Shown piece by piece: positions 37,982 to 51,100 of a stretch of 64,000 bases of DNA (the first letter of the stretch is position 1; every line of letters starts with the position of its first letter). The notes under the pieces are model-generated. The model did not search any database. It was not told the DNA's origin and worked only from the letters and a program-made list of their open reading frames with translations. Both the position numbers and the translations under genes were made by a program. This stretch comes from Lingula anatina (taxonomy: Eukaryota; Animalia; Brachiopoda). The stretch lies in assembly GCA_051362555.1 (NCBI GenBank), contig CM120644.1, forward strand, positions 15,956,534 to 16,020,533, in the 5' to 3' direction.

Positions 37982-40900
37982 TATATGTCCACGTCAGAAT
38001 GGCCATTAAATAGGTTAGCCACCAGCGTTGGACAAGAGAGAAAAACATTAAAACATGTAGACCAACCTTAAACAGATGTTAATTGAGAAATATATAATGC
38101 GTTAATAATCATATTGCCATGAGGCTTATTCCCAATCGGGTGAGCCAAAAGTTGGTTATTGCATTATCATCCTCAATTAATTTGTTAATGGATCCGGAGA
38201 CAAACTCTACCGGGAGATTCGCCCTACATCTATGCTTTATCATTTAAACACTGTAGACCGCACAAAAATGAATGCACGTTTAAGTCAATTTTCGATGGAA
38301 AATACAAAAAGACAGAAGCAACACACATTTTAAGAGATTCAGGGCCGATTTATAATTGGTAAAAAAAAAGGTTGCTTCATCGGACAGGGAGAAACTCCTT
38401 TTCTTTGCCGTGTACGTGCAAATTTGCGGAAAAACTGCCATCAATTTTCCTTTGCCCTATACCGAATTACAGGGGCTAGCAACTTCAGGGCAAATGCTAG
38501 CTTGTTGACGCTGACCTGCGCTGTACTAACTAGCTGTACTAACTAACCTTAAAATCCAAAGCTGGCTAATTTGATAAACTAATCATCATCACCAGTGGGA
38601 TTTGTACAGTCAAATCCGTCAGTATGAAAACTGTCAAACATTGGCTCGATGTCTCGTCGGAGGAGATAATATATTATGGGCCTTAATTATGTCGTCAGGG
38701 AAGCATAAATAGTTTTGATACTTCCAAACAGTAATGCGGAGCACAATTTATCATTTGTAAATATTTGTAAATATTACATAATTAAAATATTAACATACAG
38801 ACAAATATGTTATTCTATCTATACTACTTTCCATTGTTTGCCCTCTTTATCTCAGTTTCACTTTTTCTTCAATGGTCTTTACACATACCGGTGTAGCGGA
38901 ACTGAGGGTCTTTGTAACAGACAGTCCAACATCCATTTAGTTATAATGGTTAGGGTTAAAATAGCCTGACCTAAGACCCCATTTCCAGAGATTAGATCGA
39001 TCTACTTTAGATCGACCGAACTCCCTGGGGGTTCACGTTAAATAGCTGTCAGCCGGGCGGACACGAAAGTTAATTACTCCCTTACAGCTTGTAGTAGGCG
39101 GGACGGACATTTAAGCCGGATTATCTGACAGTAATTTTAGTGAGACTCCCCGCGGGGATAGATCGATCTAACAGCTCTGGAAATACAGCCTAAGTGGGTC
39201 AAAATCTAGAGCGAGGCATAGAGAACAGGGCACACCTTACTGGGTAGACCGCATGTTAACTAAAATACGTCATTTTACGCCATTGGATGGGCACATCATA
39301 TATAAGACCATCTATTGTCACTTAATTGCCCTTTTTAAAAGAATTGAAAACTTGAGTCATCCTTGGTGGCATGAAGTGAAGAATTGATGAATTGAAAAAG
39401 ACTTGAAGTTGGTCTAAGTTGGTCCCGTATGTAAACGAAGCCAGGCCATTCTAAGTAAAAGAGAAAGCGGGCGGATCGCATAACGGGGAAATCAGAAGCG
39501 ACCGGTTTTAATTCAATATTTCAATTTATTAAACCCTTGAGTCCTACGGATCATCAGAATGTAATACAGTGACAATATAAAGTTATATCAACCTAACTAC
39601 CACTACGACAACAACTACTACTGATACGAATGATAATAATAATAATAATTCATCGGACTGACGTTAATCTTAGCTCCGATGCACATTTTAAGTATTTTCC
39701 TAAATTGTTTAATTGTGAGACATTGTTAAGTGATAATAATTTAATTAGTTAAAAGCCGCTTGGCTTTATATAATAAAATTTCTTGATATATTTCTGCCTA
39801 ATCGTACTGTAGTGAGGGCATTTAAAGATAAAGTGAAATTCATCCTCTACATCGTTTAAATTGCATAACTTACAGTTTCTTAATTTCTTATTTGTGTCTG
39901 TCTACCGGCCAGTCTGTACAGCTAGATTATGTGATGAAAGCCTACATTTTGCGATAAATTCCTTGTTTTTCTGTGAAATTGGCTGATTCAAATAAAATTG
40001 CACTGTGAAATTATCAACAAGAAGTTGATACAATAGCCCTTCACTCGCTGTGAATATTTCCGGTTTTAATGAAAGCACACCTGGTGGCGTAAAGCCAATT
40101 CTATTTCAGTTACATTACCTGGAAAATTAGAAAATCGAAGCATCCATGCAGCACAAAAGTGGTTAGTAAATGGAAGCTTTTTCATTTGAGACTGAAAGGA
40201 TATTGTTCCATTTTTCATTTTACCCTTTGAAAAAAAATACTTGTGCAACAAAGAGAATTGATTAGCAAAAAGGAAGCTCATTCAGCTATTGTAGAGTAAA
40301 AGGCTATTGTTGCGTTTTTTTTTTCATTGAAAACTTGGCCGATTTCTGTTTCACGCATGGTAACTTAACAGATAAATGCTTTGGTAGATATGTCTTAATT
40401 GACATACAAAGGCTATAGTTTATTGGAAAAACTCAATATCACATATAATATATAGAAAGATGTGAAGTAAACTTAGGTGAAAAAGGAAATATAAGTAACA
40501 AAGAACAACAAAAAAGCGATTATGAACATGCTCAAATTTTTTTAAAAAATCACATTACCTTTGTATCCATAACAACATAGTTCAAATGATACCATGGTAG
40601 GACTTTTGGGTCAGCGTTCACGTCATGAACCGCCATTTCCAAAGCTGGTACCACCCCAGCGCTGTTCCAGCCCTCTTTTACGTTAATGTCAGCGAACATG
40701 ACGAATGTTAAATTCCGCATGGTTGTTGACCCATTCATCGCTATCGGTGTTGTAAGGCGTAACTGAGAATCAGTGGACGAGGGAAGTGAAAACGGTGCGG
40801 CAGTGGTTGCAGATGATCTGTTAAAAGCGAAAGCGGCAATAGTTAGCGACATTGGCCTTGCTGTGGTGCCAGACGCTCCTTTCCGAGTCGTCACATTGAT

Positions 40901-41113
40901 ACTAGACTCCCGTACGCGAGATGTCTCGTTTGTGTACGCCTCATTTCCACGTATTGACTCCAATGATTGAGAACCGCTGTTCGGTTTAACCGTCCCAGAG
41001 CCTGAAGACGTCGTGTTTTCAGTCACTGTGTCACCTACAGTGAAGCCATTCACCGAAAAAAGGTTGCAAACGAACATTGTAACGAAGATCGAACCGACTC
41101 GTGGTAGATACAT
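26536..41113 (-). CDS. GABA-B-receptor-like class C GPCR, paralog B (17 coding exons, ~983 aa)
   Basis: Exons: 40559-41113, 35837-35974, 35282-35443, 34788-34898, 34404-34469, 33998-34192, 33556-33699 (GC donor), 32878-33009, 32527-32590, 32148-32228, 31307-31457, 29773-29905, 29251-29361, 28535-28657, 27736-27902, 27160-27319, 26536-26994. All 15 internal exons have the same lengths as in paralog A; same motifs; no stops seen. Confidence 0.93.
36100..36139 (-). ncRNA. Second minimal hammerhead motif (inverted copy, one stem II mismatch)
   Basis: AUUGU-CUGAAGA-GCCU-GAAAG-AGAC-GAAA-ACGU-UU-ACAAC. Confidence 0.62.
37826..37865 (+). ncRNA. Minimal type I hammerhead ribozyme motif (PLE-type)
   Basis: AUUGU-CUGAAGA-GCCU-GAAAG-AGGC-GAAA-ACGU-UU-ACAAU: stem I AUUGU/ACAAU, CUGANGA box, 4-bp stem II, GAAA box, 1-bp stem III with palindromic ACGU loop. 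Confidence 0.75.
38975..39190. mobile_element. PIF/Harbinger-like MITE with TAA TSD
   Basis: TAA on both sides; subterminal TTAGATCGATCTA inverted repeats; close copy at 13785-13999. Confidence 0.72.
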
Positions 41114-42152
41114 GTTGCAAGCGTGGCAAGATTACATTCCATATACCTTAGAGTACAATACCAAAACGTGAAACAGTGTTGAAGTACAGCCAAACCAAGA
41201 AATCAGTTCATAACAACTTTAAATGCAAATCCGTGTTGTTGATTGTATGTTAAACAGTCACAGTATTTCCTTTACATATGTGTGTCCTTGACTGATACAA
41301 AAGCCCACAGGAATAGAAACAAGGTCAATACGGTTGATATAAAAACTTAACATCTAGATTAATTTGTGCTCTTCTCTCATGTCGCCCAGTCCAATGCCGA
41401 CTGTTCCGCGCCATGCGTGCTGAGCAGGCGTAGTTCTTCAGTACTCTTTATACATAAACCTGCCAAGCTTACAACTGAGGAAATCTGTCAATTTATTAAT
41501 GAATTGCCAGACACGGAAAAATTCATCTCTAGGTCACGAATCGCTGCCATATCGAGTGCGTACCGTGGTTAATCCACACACGTGATACATCAAAAATTGA
41601 TATGAATATACCAATGAAAAGAACTCATCAAACTGTTGCGTTGAACATTTCGAATAAGCCAGATGGACTCTTTCTACCCTGTTTCCGTAATACGACAAGT
41701 TCGTATGTGCCTATTAGAGTTGACGTCAAGCTAACAGCTTGGTTACAAAAACAAATATTTGGGCCTTTATCTTATGTCTCAAAGCAACCACCATATAACT
41801 GACAGGTTGAAAATCAACCTGCACATTTTTGGACTAATGCCGTGTATATGTATTTTATGTTGAACTGATTGCCACTCTAGATGTCCGCCTTTGATCTGTC
41901 CCTGTAATTAAATACACTTCTAATTGCGCTGGTTGAAATAGAAACCTTGTAACAAGTATCATTCTTTGAATTATTTAACAGAATTGCTCTTCCGTATAAG
42001 TGCTAAAATGACAATCAATCTTTTGGCGCCATGTAATGATCATGCGATAGTATTAAATGAATGTTTCATGTGTATTTCCGCCTGCATGTACTAGCCATTG
42101 AGGAACCATGGGAGAGGTGAAAACATGTTCGCATATTTTGTGCATCTGTTGC

Positions 42153-42214
42153 ATACAATACAATACAATACAATACAATACAATACAATACAATACAATA
42201 CAATACAATACAAT
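42153..42214. repeat. (CAATA)n pentanucleotide repeat
   Basis: About 12 units, direct reading. Confidence 0.9.
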
Positions 42215-45142
42215 GCAATTCAATGCAAAAAAAATGTGCGCGGTGTGCGGTTCCATTAATAGGTCAATAAATTTTACTGTGATCACCCCCCCCCCCCCCC
42301 CACCCCCCCCCCCCCCCCGCCCTCTAAAAACAATAATAAATAAAAAATATATGCTTTCTTAAGATCTTGGCAATTGGTTATACAAGGGAATGAGTAAGCA
42401 AGGGACGGCGTTCTACATCGTGGAAGAAGTAAGCTCAGCAACACCTATACTTAATGGGAACATTTGGGACGAAGGACGCTTAGATATGTAGTTACTCCGT
42501 GCACATATTGTTTTTCAGTGCAATGTGTGTAGACACAAAAAATGCTAAAATGATCTTCATGTATCTACTCAAGGTCTCTCCAGTTTGGGTGTTCAATTCC
42601 CTTCTTAAATATCTATCCGTTTTAGTATATATATTTTTCTAATGGCATTTTCGCCACCGTGAAAGAATGAATAAGTTTTGTCTTGCTACTTACCTCAATT
42701 GCACGGGTGGTGGGCGGAGCAAATGGGGGGTTAGGTCGGTTTCCTGTGGCTAGTAATTGATATCACATTATCTGCCGAAGTGGCGCAAGCGTGATAAGAT
42801 AAGACGTCCTAATTTAGGAAAGAATGCGCCTTCTGAAGAGCAAAAGCAAAAAGATTGCATTCATACACTAAATGAAGATCTGTTAAAAATATTCATTATC
42901 TATAGGTACTATGAAACATTATACTAAAATCGCTTGCATTTATGTACTCAATGAAAATTTGTTTATAAAATATGCATTATGTAAGCACTATGAAACCTTA
43001 CACTCAAACCGTTTATATGTGAGTCTCCTAAATTGAACCTCCTACCTCGATGGAAAACAACATCGCTCATATTTACATGTTATTGATTTATAGAAGTAAA
43101 TGTTTAAAGGACACAGATGAGCACGCAAACCATTAACTGTTAACGAAATCTACACTTGCGTCAGCTTATGCATATAAGAAACGATTTACTTTCGATGATC
43201 AAGTTTTGTTCGTCAAATAACCATCCGTTAATACAACTGGCTTTCTTAAAGTTGCATTTAACTGCCTAAAAAGAAAATGAAATAGCTGAAATGGATGTTT
43301 GTATGCCAGCTTTAGATGGGGACGGTTTCAAATTGGTCCAAAATGGTCTAAACTTTCAAATCAAAAGTTTCAATTGAAAAGAACGCCTATTTCTAAATAA
43401 ATTATGGAGTAATATTGCGCGTCTTTAAAACAAGGAGATTATGAATAATATTCAGTCAAATATACAGGCGACTTCCCTGAATTTCTCTTGAACTTAAATT
43501 GACCAAATTTTTGGTCAAAAAGGTAAGACCCATTTTAGGCTTAAGTTCTTTTGTGAAAGCCGCTGTTGTTCGTACCGGTGTAACGAAACAGAAGGTTTGT
43601 GTAACAGAAAGCCCGCCCCTCCTCCCATTTCGTTATAATGGTAAGGGTTAGCTTGACCAAAGTGAGTTTAAATCTAGGGCAAGGTTTACTTGTACAAATG
43701 AATGGGAAGTGGACTCTCTATCATACACTCTGGACACTCTGTCACGTTACACCAGTATACATCAACTTATATTATAACAATACTTGCACTTAAAGAATGA
43801 AGTTAACGATTTCATTAAAAAGGCAAGAATTATATTACGGAAGGCTGAGCTGACGCGTCACAGATAATAGACTAATAAGCATACGTACGATATACAAGCA
43901 TATCGAGCGGAAACGTGGTTTTTTATTATGTTATATTTTTTCCAGTGCTGACTGAAACCCTGAAATGCAACTAATTGATGGATGATGCGCTTGGCTTTTA
44001 CTATATATGTTGCGTAATTTGGTAATCGTGGGAATATTGTGCTTCATTATATCTTCAGCCCATTTTACGTTTCCAGTGGTTATATCAATCTTCTGTACTT
44101 GTGGCATACGCGCTTATTAATGGCATAACTGTAACTTAGCGTAAAAATGTGATTTTTTTTTTCATTGCAATTAAATGTCTTGATTGCTGTCAAAGGGACT
44201 TAGCCTGGGTCTGTTAAATGGCAGTGCCTGAGCAGTTATGCAAACAATTACCAGCCATGTAATAAACCTAGAGATTTCATTACAGGGTCACAGAGAGTAA
44301 AATGACCGGCTTTTTATCTAAAGACATATATGTGAATATTCTATGAAAAGTCAATCTGTGGCCCTGGTAGAGGGTAATTGTCGCGTATGTTACAATAAAA
44401 GCATTCTGTGTCTAAACAGGGGGCACTATTAAGTGAAATACGTTTGATACTTTGTTCGTTTACAAGAAGTTGGTCAATAACCCCAAAGTGATATATATAT
44501 TCGGGCAGGTTCACTGAGAGTATCATTAATCATAAGTACATGTATATGATCTATCAAGGTAGTTAAATCATTATGTGTCAAAAAAGACAGGATTCTTATT
44601 CCCAAGGCGGTGATTTGCTACTGCACATGTCTAGAGTATTATTTCGTTCGAGTTGTATGTCGGCAGTCGTCTTGCCAAAATAGAACATGTTCGTTGCCCA
44701 AATAGACACCGTCTTTTGATTAAAATCAATACTAAACGTCGAATCATAGTGCAGGGACTGGTCGAATAATGATCCGCAAAAAAGTACAGTTGCCCAGACA
44801 CGCACATTATACGTATAAATTCCTTTATTACTAAAATGATTAGTTGAGTGAAATTATTCATAACTTATAACAAATAAGTCAGTAAAACCTGTAATAGTAC
44901 ATAATGTTAAAATTAGCAAGTGACATGCCAGACCAATAATATCAAATAATACAATTTTTTATTAAAAACTTTAAAAATATTTCCAATTTATGTGATATTG
45001 GAGAAAGAATTACCTGTGATCAATGAAATACTTCACTTACTGCCGAATAGCATATGATTATTAAGCCATGTGGCAGAAATGGACCAATTTTTGTAATGCC
45101 TGGCCTTTTTTTAATTTCTTGTGCTTGTTTAATCAATTTTTG

Positions 45143-48100
45143 TTAAAGACGACTGTCTTCATTAACTGTTGGTACATATAACCCCGTACAACTACCAACC
45201 ACCACGTGGTTTTTGAAACAACGGTTTTCAACAGGGGAACACGTGGCGCCGCTAGACAGGAGAACTGTTGGCTCGTGATCTCCTCCATTCTCGTCAGAAG
45301 TGGAGAACGAACGGTTTATTATTCCAGTGATTTTATCTTTCTGAGACCTTTTGTGTGAATCGTTTTCCGTACCACCAAGTTCAGAAGAAAACCTAACCAT
45401 TGGCAATCCTGACAAAGTTGTGTTTAAACTCGCACTCTTTCTGTCACTTAGGTTATCTTCATTGCCCTGGCCACTGCTCGTAAAAACGGACGCTGCATTT
45501 GAAAGTTCTTTATGAACGTTTCTTAAACTGGCTTTGAAAGTAGACGTTATGCCATCAGGTTGCTTTACATTGGGGTGTTTTTTAACGTAACTAATCTGAA
45601 ATTGGACCAAAGGGTACAGATGGACATTACAAGTCGTAAAAAATTGATACTGTGAACTACCATACTAGGTTCTAAAACATGAAATAACGTTTAAAAATTC
45701 AAAAGGATGGGAACATGGCCCTAATCAAAACAGAGCATTTAACTTTACCTGCCTTTTTTAAAATATTGTGTGTGCCTGTTTTGTGGTGTATTTACCTACC
45801 TTAGGAACAAACAGCAATCCTAACGTCGTGGCAGCTGACGCTATGATGCAAAGAGATGAGAAAGCGAATGTGATAGCTGGCCTCTCCGACACAATCATGG
45901 CGACGGAGGCGCCAACTCCGCACAAAACACAGGTGTTGTAGATACACGTGCCTAGATACCTGGAACGTGGGGATATTTTAATTATACTTGAAATTGATTG
46001 AGAGATAGATAAACCAATAAAATTAATGACAATAGATTAACAATTTTTAAACAATAAATATCACAATATAAGTGTGTAAATAAGAAACCATACCGAATAC
46101 AGAATTTATTTCACGTCTTTTAGATGAATCAAATGAATTGGCAGATTGTGAAAACGTACTGATATATTTAAACAAGGACAAAAAAAAACAAAAAAAGAAT
46201 ATTCGTATGCGAACCATGCACGTTATATATATATATAATTTTTCAATTTGCCAAATACTTATTTGTACCTACTTGGAATCATTCAACTCCGGCACAAAGA
46301 CCCTTCTCGTCTCAAAGGCTAAAAAACACCCAAAAATCAGAAGCAATCCCTTCTCTGCCAGCAGACCGCCAATCCAATACGTCTTTAACTCCGACGTACA
46401 GGACTCGTGTTTCGTTATCAGGCGTTTCCCGTCCGTTTCCTGGAATAATTAAAGTTGTTATAACTTTTCTGAGTTCTAAAATATTTAATGTTTTTTTAAC
46501 CTCAATTTCTCTTTCTTATTCATCTATTTCTAATTTATGTTACTTGTATGTACATGTATTTATTAACCAATTTATTTATTTATGATTTCTTCTCGATAAC
46601 ATTATTTTGGATTCTCTATAAGCTCTTACGAAAATAAGCAGTTTCTCAATGCTGTAATCGGCATTTATTCCAAAAGTAAATTCACAGATGCCTTATAATC
46701 AATGGGTCGGTGCTGTACCAGGTACCTTGTTTAGGCAACACTACTGCAGTGTATTAAAGATAAATTACCATCAGAAGCGCCGTAAAAATAAGATATTTGA
46801 GAATACACACCGTAGGAACGTTTTGAGTGTTGAATGCTTTTTTGTTTATTTGTTTATTTTTTTTTTTTTTTGTCTAAAATAAATTTATTGACATTCAACC
46901 TGTCACTATTCAATAATAACCATAATGTTTATCTGCTAGCTGCTTTCACTGTATTCCAAAGTGACTCTGTGTGTGTCACCTAACCGGAAGTGGTACAAGC
47001 ACCATTGGGATACTGAAATGAGACTTCCGCTTCCTGTGGACATACCATGTCTGTCTGGATATGATACGTCAAGTATATCGGATCTATCACTGTCCACGTC
47101 GCCATTACGGCCACGTCCACCATTACTAAAAACGCCACCCCCAGCAACAGGTGTTTATCCTGTAGGGGCTAGGAAAATAAATTTGGCGAAAAATGCCATT
47201 TAACTGACAAAAATAAAGCAATTTTATCAATATTTCCAGCCAACACCACATGTACATACAGCATAAATTTCAAACCATTATATTCATTACGTAATGTAAA
47301 CATCACTTTGGACCTCAACTATATGACATGTTTTTATCAATTAAATTAAATGTTTCACAGCTTAAAAAATAATTGGATGCAAACTTAGTCAAAATGTGAC
47401 GACCGTTTAAAATATAACTGTAAAGGTTTAGCTTAAACCAAACGTGGTTGTATTAAATATAACATCGATTTACGTCCTTTTGCACTTTATATATATAAAT
47501 GTCAATGAGAAATGTGAATGAGCAAGGCCGCTTACAGCGCCTCAGCGGAGCTACTGGCTACATGTTGCCGTGTGATTCTAACTTGTATACTAGATGATGA
47601 ATTATATTGCACCCTATGACGAAACCGGGTCACAAACTGACCAAAGCTTGCTTTAAAATGTTGGTGTCGAAACGGTTTGAAGCACTGAACGCAAATGCAA
47701 TATAATAAAATAAAGGATATATGATACAATTATAAAACAATACCTTTCTCATTCTCCCATACTTGTTTCTAAAGATCACATAAACACGCCACGTCTTGGC
47801 AAACATGGCTCCGAACGCGAGGCTAAATGCTATGGACAGCAACCAGCCTGATGTCTGAAACAGAATGGTGCAATGATTTCAGTTTCAAGTTGCATTTATT
47901 CTTACTCCAGAGATCCTCAACTCTTTGTTTACAAACACAACAAACAAATGCCGCACCTCCATTGGAAAACCTCAATTGCTATCATTTCCCTTAAAACAGT
48001 TGTCTTGCTTCCGGAAAACAAGAAGATAACCCTCTTTGTTGTTTGATACAGCTATCTTTATTTCCAACAAAGGAATGTGGTAAAAAACTGAAATAAAATA

Positions 48101-51100
48101 AAGAAAACCTATGTCAAAATGCTGACGATGACATTTCTATTACTTATTGTGGCACTTACAGGCCACCGTACCTTACAAAACTAGCGTGAAACGTGCTGCA
48201 TTCTTGCATTGACAAGTTTTAACGTGAATACATAATAAAAGCAGTTTACAGATACTAAAAATGTTCTTTACACAACCACAATTATCAAAACTATATAAAA
48301 TGTGGAAAACTCACGGTGTGCGTGGCCTATCTTTAGAAAAAACTCTGAACAGTTCACTAGCGGCTGCTGATGAGCGAGCATGGAGCCTCGACATGAAAAA
48401 CTAGGTCAAATACGAAGGCCCGTAACAACACACTCCTCGCCTGATATCTGATTGATATCACTATTTAACTACTACAATAAAAGTCAACTATAAAATAGAA
48501 TGCACAACATATACTAAATTTAGTCCTAACTTAGCCACTAAATTTGTAGTGTTTTGCTATTAAATCCCTCCTACATGTTCGCAACTTTACCAACTGTCAA
48601 TCAAAAGAATAAGTTCACATATTGGTCTGACATATTTCACAGATTTTCCATCTTTCACTGTTCTGACCTCCACAGTTCTGACTTTACTGTCACATCCACT
48701 GGGAAAAACATCTTCTACTACTCCCATTGGCCAACTGCCTCGATGTAACTCACAGTCTCTGAGCAGCACAATGTCACCGATTTTCAAGTCTTTCTGCAAA
48801 GCTGTCCATTTCCCTCGCTTTTGTAATGACTGGAGATAACCATCTCTCCATCGCTTCCAGAATGTATTAGAAAGGATCTGCACATACTTCCATTGTGACT
48901 GGTATATTTCTCTCATATCTGTTGATGTGGTTGGGGTAGGTAATGGCTCCTTCTTCTGTGTAAGCAACATTGCTGGCGTGATGATTTCTGGGTCCTCTGG
49001 ATCATAGGAAATGGGAGCCACAGGTCGAGAATTAATGACAGCACTAACTTCACACATAAAGGTAACTAGAACTTCATGAGTAAGCTTTTGGGTATGGCTG
49101 GTTAAAAACATAGCATCGAGTATTCTTCTGGCGAGACCAATAAGACGTTCCCAGGCTCCACCCATGTGTGATGCATGCGGGGGATTGAACTTCCACACAA
49201 TTCCCATGTCATGAAGGCTTTCTTGCACTGGACCATTTTCAACAAAGATACCTGTGGCTTTAATCTGATCCAGAGCACCTATGAAATTTGTGCCACGATC
49301 CGATCTGATAATTTTCACTGGTCCACGGATGGCTACGAAACGTCTAAGTGCATTGATGAAGGACGAAGAACTCATTTCTTCTATAACTTCTATGTGCACT
49401 GCCCTGGTAACTAAACAACCAAAAATCAGGGCCCACCTTTTACTTTCAGCCTGACCACCTCTTGTTCTACGCGTGACCACAGGCCATGGACCGAAAACAT
49501 CAATTCCAACCGACGTGAAAGGAGGTCCTGGGGTTACTCTATCCTCAGGTAGATCAGCCATGCGTTGGTTCAAGAACTTGCCTCGCAATTTACGACATAT
49601 TACGCACTTGTACAAGATTGAAGAAACTAGTCTTTTTGCTCCAATTATCCAAAATCCCTTGGAGCGAAGTGCAGACTCTGTCACATGTCTTCCTTGGTGA
49701 TGAGAAATTGAATGGTAGTGATTTACAAGTAAGTTTGCTATGTGAGATTTCTTCGGGATAATAATAGGATGCTTTTGACCTTTCTCCAAAGGAGCATTGC
49801 TGAGGCGTCCTCCAACACGCAGAATGTGTTGGTCATCTAGTACTGGTGATAGTGTTGTCAATTTGCTGTCTGCAGGTACACTGGCTTTCTTTTGCACCAT
49901 GCTAATTTCTTCTCTGAAGGCATCTTCCTGTGCTTTCTTTATTAGGAATATCTCCGTAGCTTCGGTATCACTAGGGTCTTTAGGAGACATTTGCTTCTTT
50001 TCCTTCCAGGCTCTGCAAAACCTCTTCAAGAGAGAAATTGCCCTGACAAGAGATTTCCATGTTGAAAACTTTTCAAACCTAGCAGCAATGCTTCTTAACA
50101 ATACTGTAGCCTTCACATTGATTGTTGGACGTATTTCACAATCTGCATCTTCGTCAACTAGGTCAAAGTTACAGTTTTCACCAACTGTTGCTGTGACAAC
50201 ATCTTTCAAGAAATCTGGCCCTGTAATCCACTTACTACTTGAAAAATCCTGAACTGGGGTATTGCATCTTGTGCCGCAATCGGCTGGGTTTTTCTCTGAG
50301 GGGATATACTGCCACTGAGACGCCTTGGACCGTTTCAATATTGTAGCTACACGGTTGCTGACATATGTGTAGAACCGTCTGGTGCGGTTATAGAGATAAC
50401 CGAGAACGACTCTACTATCTGTGCAATACTTGAATGTTTCCATCGGAAGGTCAAGGTGTTCGGAGATTGTATCTGCAAGCTCTGTTGCTAAGACAGCTGC
50501 ACAAAGTTCTAAACGTGGTATGGTCACACCACCTGGTGGTGATAGTTTGGACTTTCCCATGATAAAACCTACTTCTGTGGAGGTATCACGACGAGCTTTC
50601 AAGTAGGCAACTGCTGATATGGCACGTTCGGAGGCATCTGAGAATACCCATACCTCCAGGGAATCTGCTAAACTGAAATCCACTGCAGTAATCATCCTTG
50701 GAACACAGAATTCCCTCAAGGAGAAAAGTGAACTTTTCCAAGATTCCCACTGGTGATAGAGATGTTCTGGCAAAGGGTCATCCCATCCAACAGCTTCGAC
50801 ATGCATCTCTCTTGCTAGCATTTTCCCGGTAACTGTCACTGGAGATAGGAAGCCAAGAGGATCAAAAATACTGTTGATGGTTGATAGAATCCCACGTTTG
50901 GTAAATGGTCTTTCAGGAATGAAAAGGCTGAAACCAAAACAATCCTTATCCATATTCCATGAAATTCCAAGAGATGCTTGAGTAGGAAGCTCTTCTGTAA
51001 ATAGGTCAAGATTCATGAGTGTTTTCTCTCGGTCTTCTGTTGGGAAGGCATTCACCAAGTCTGGAGAATTGGAAGCGATTTTATGTAACCAGATTCTTCC

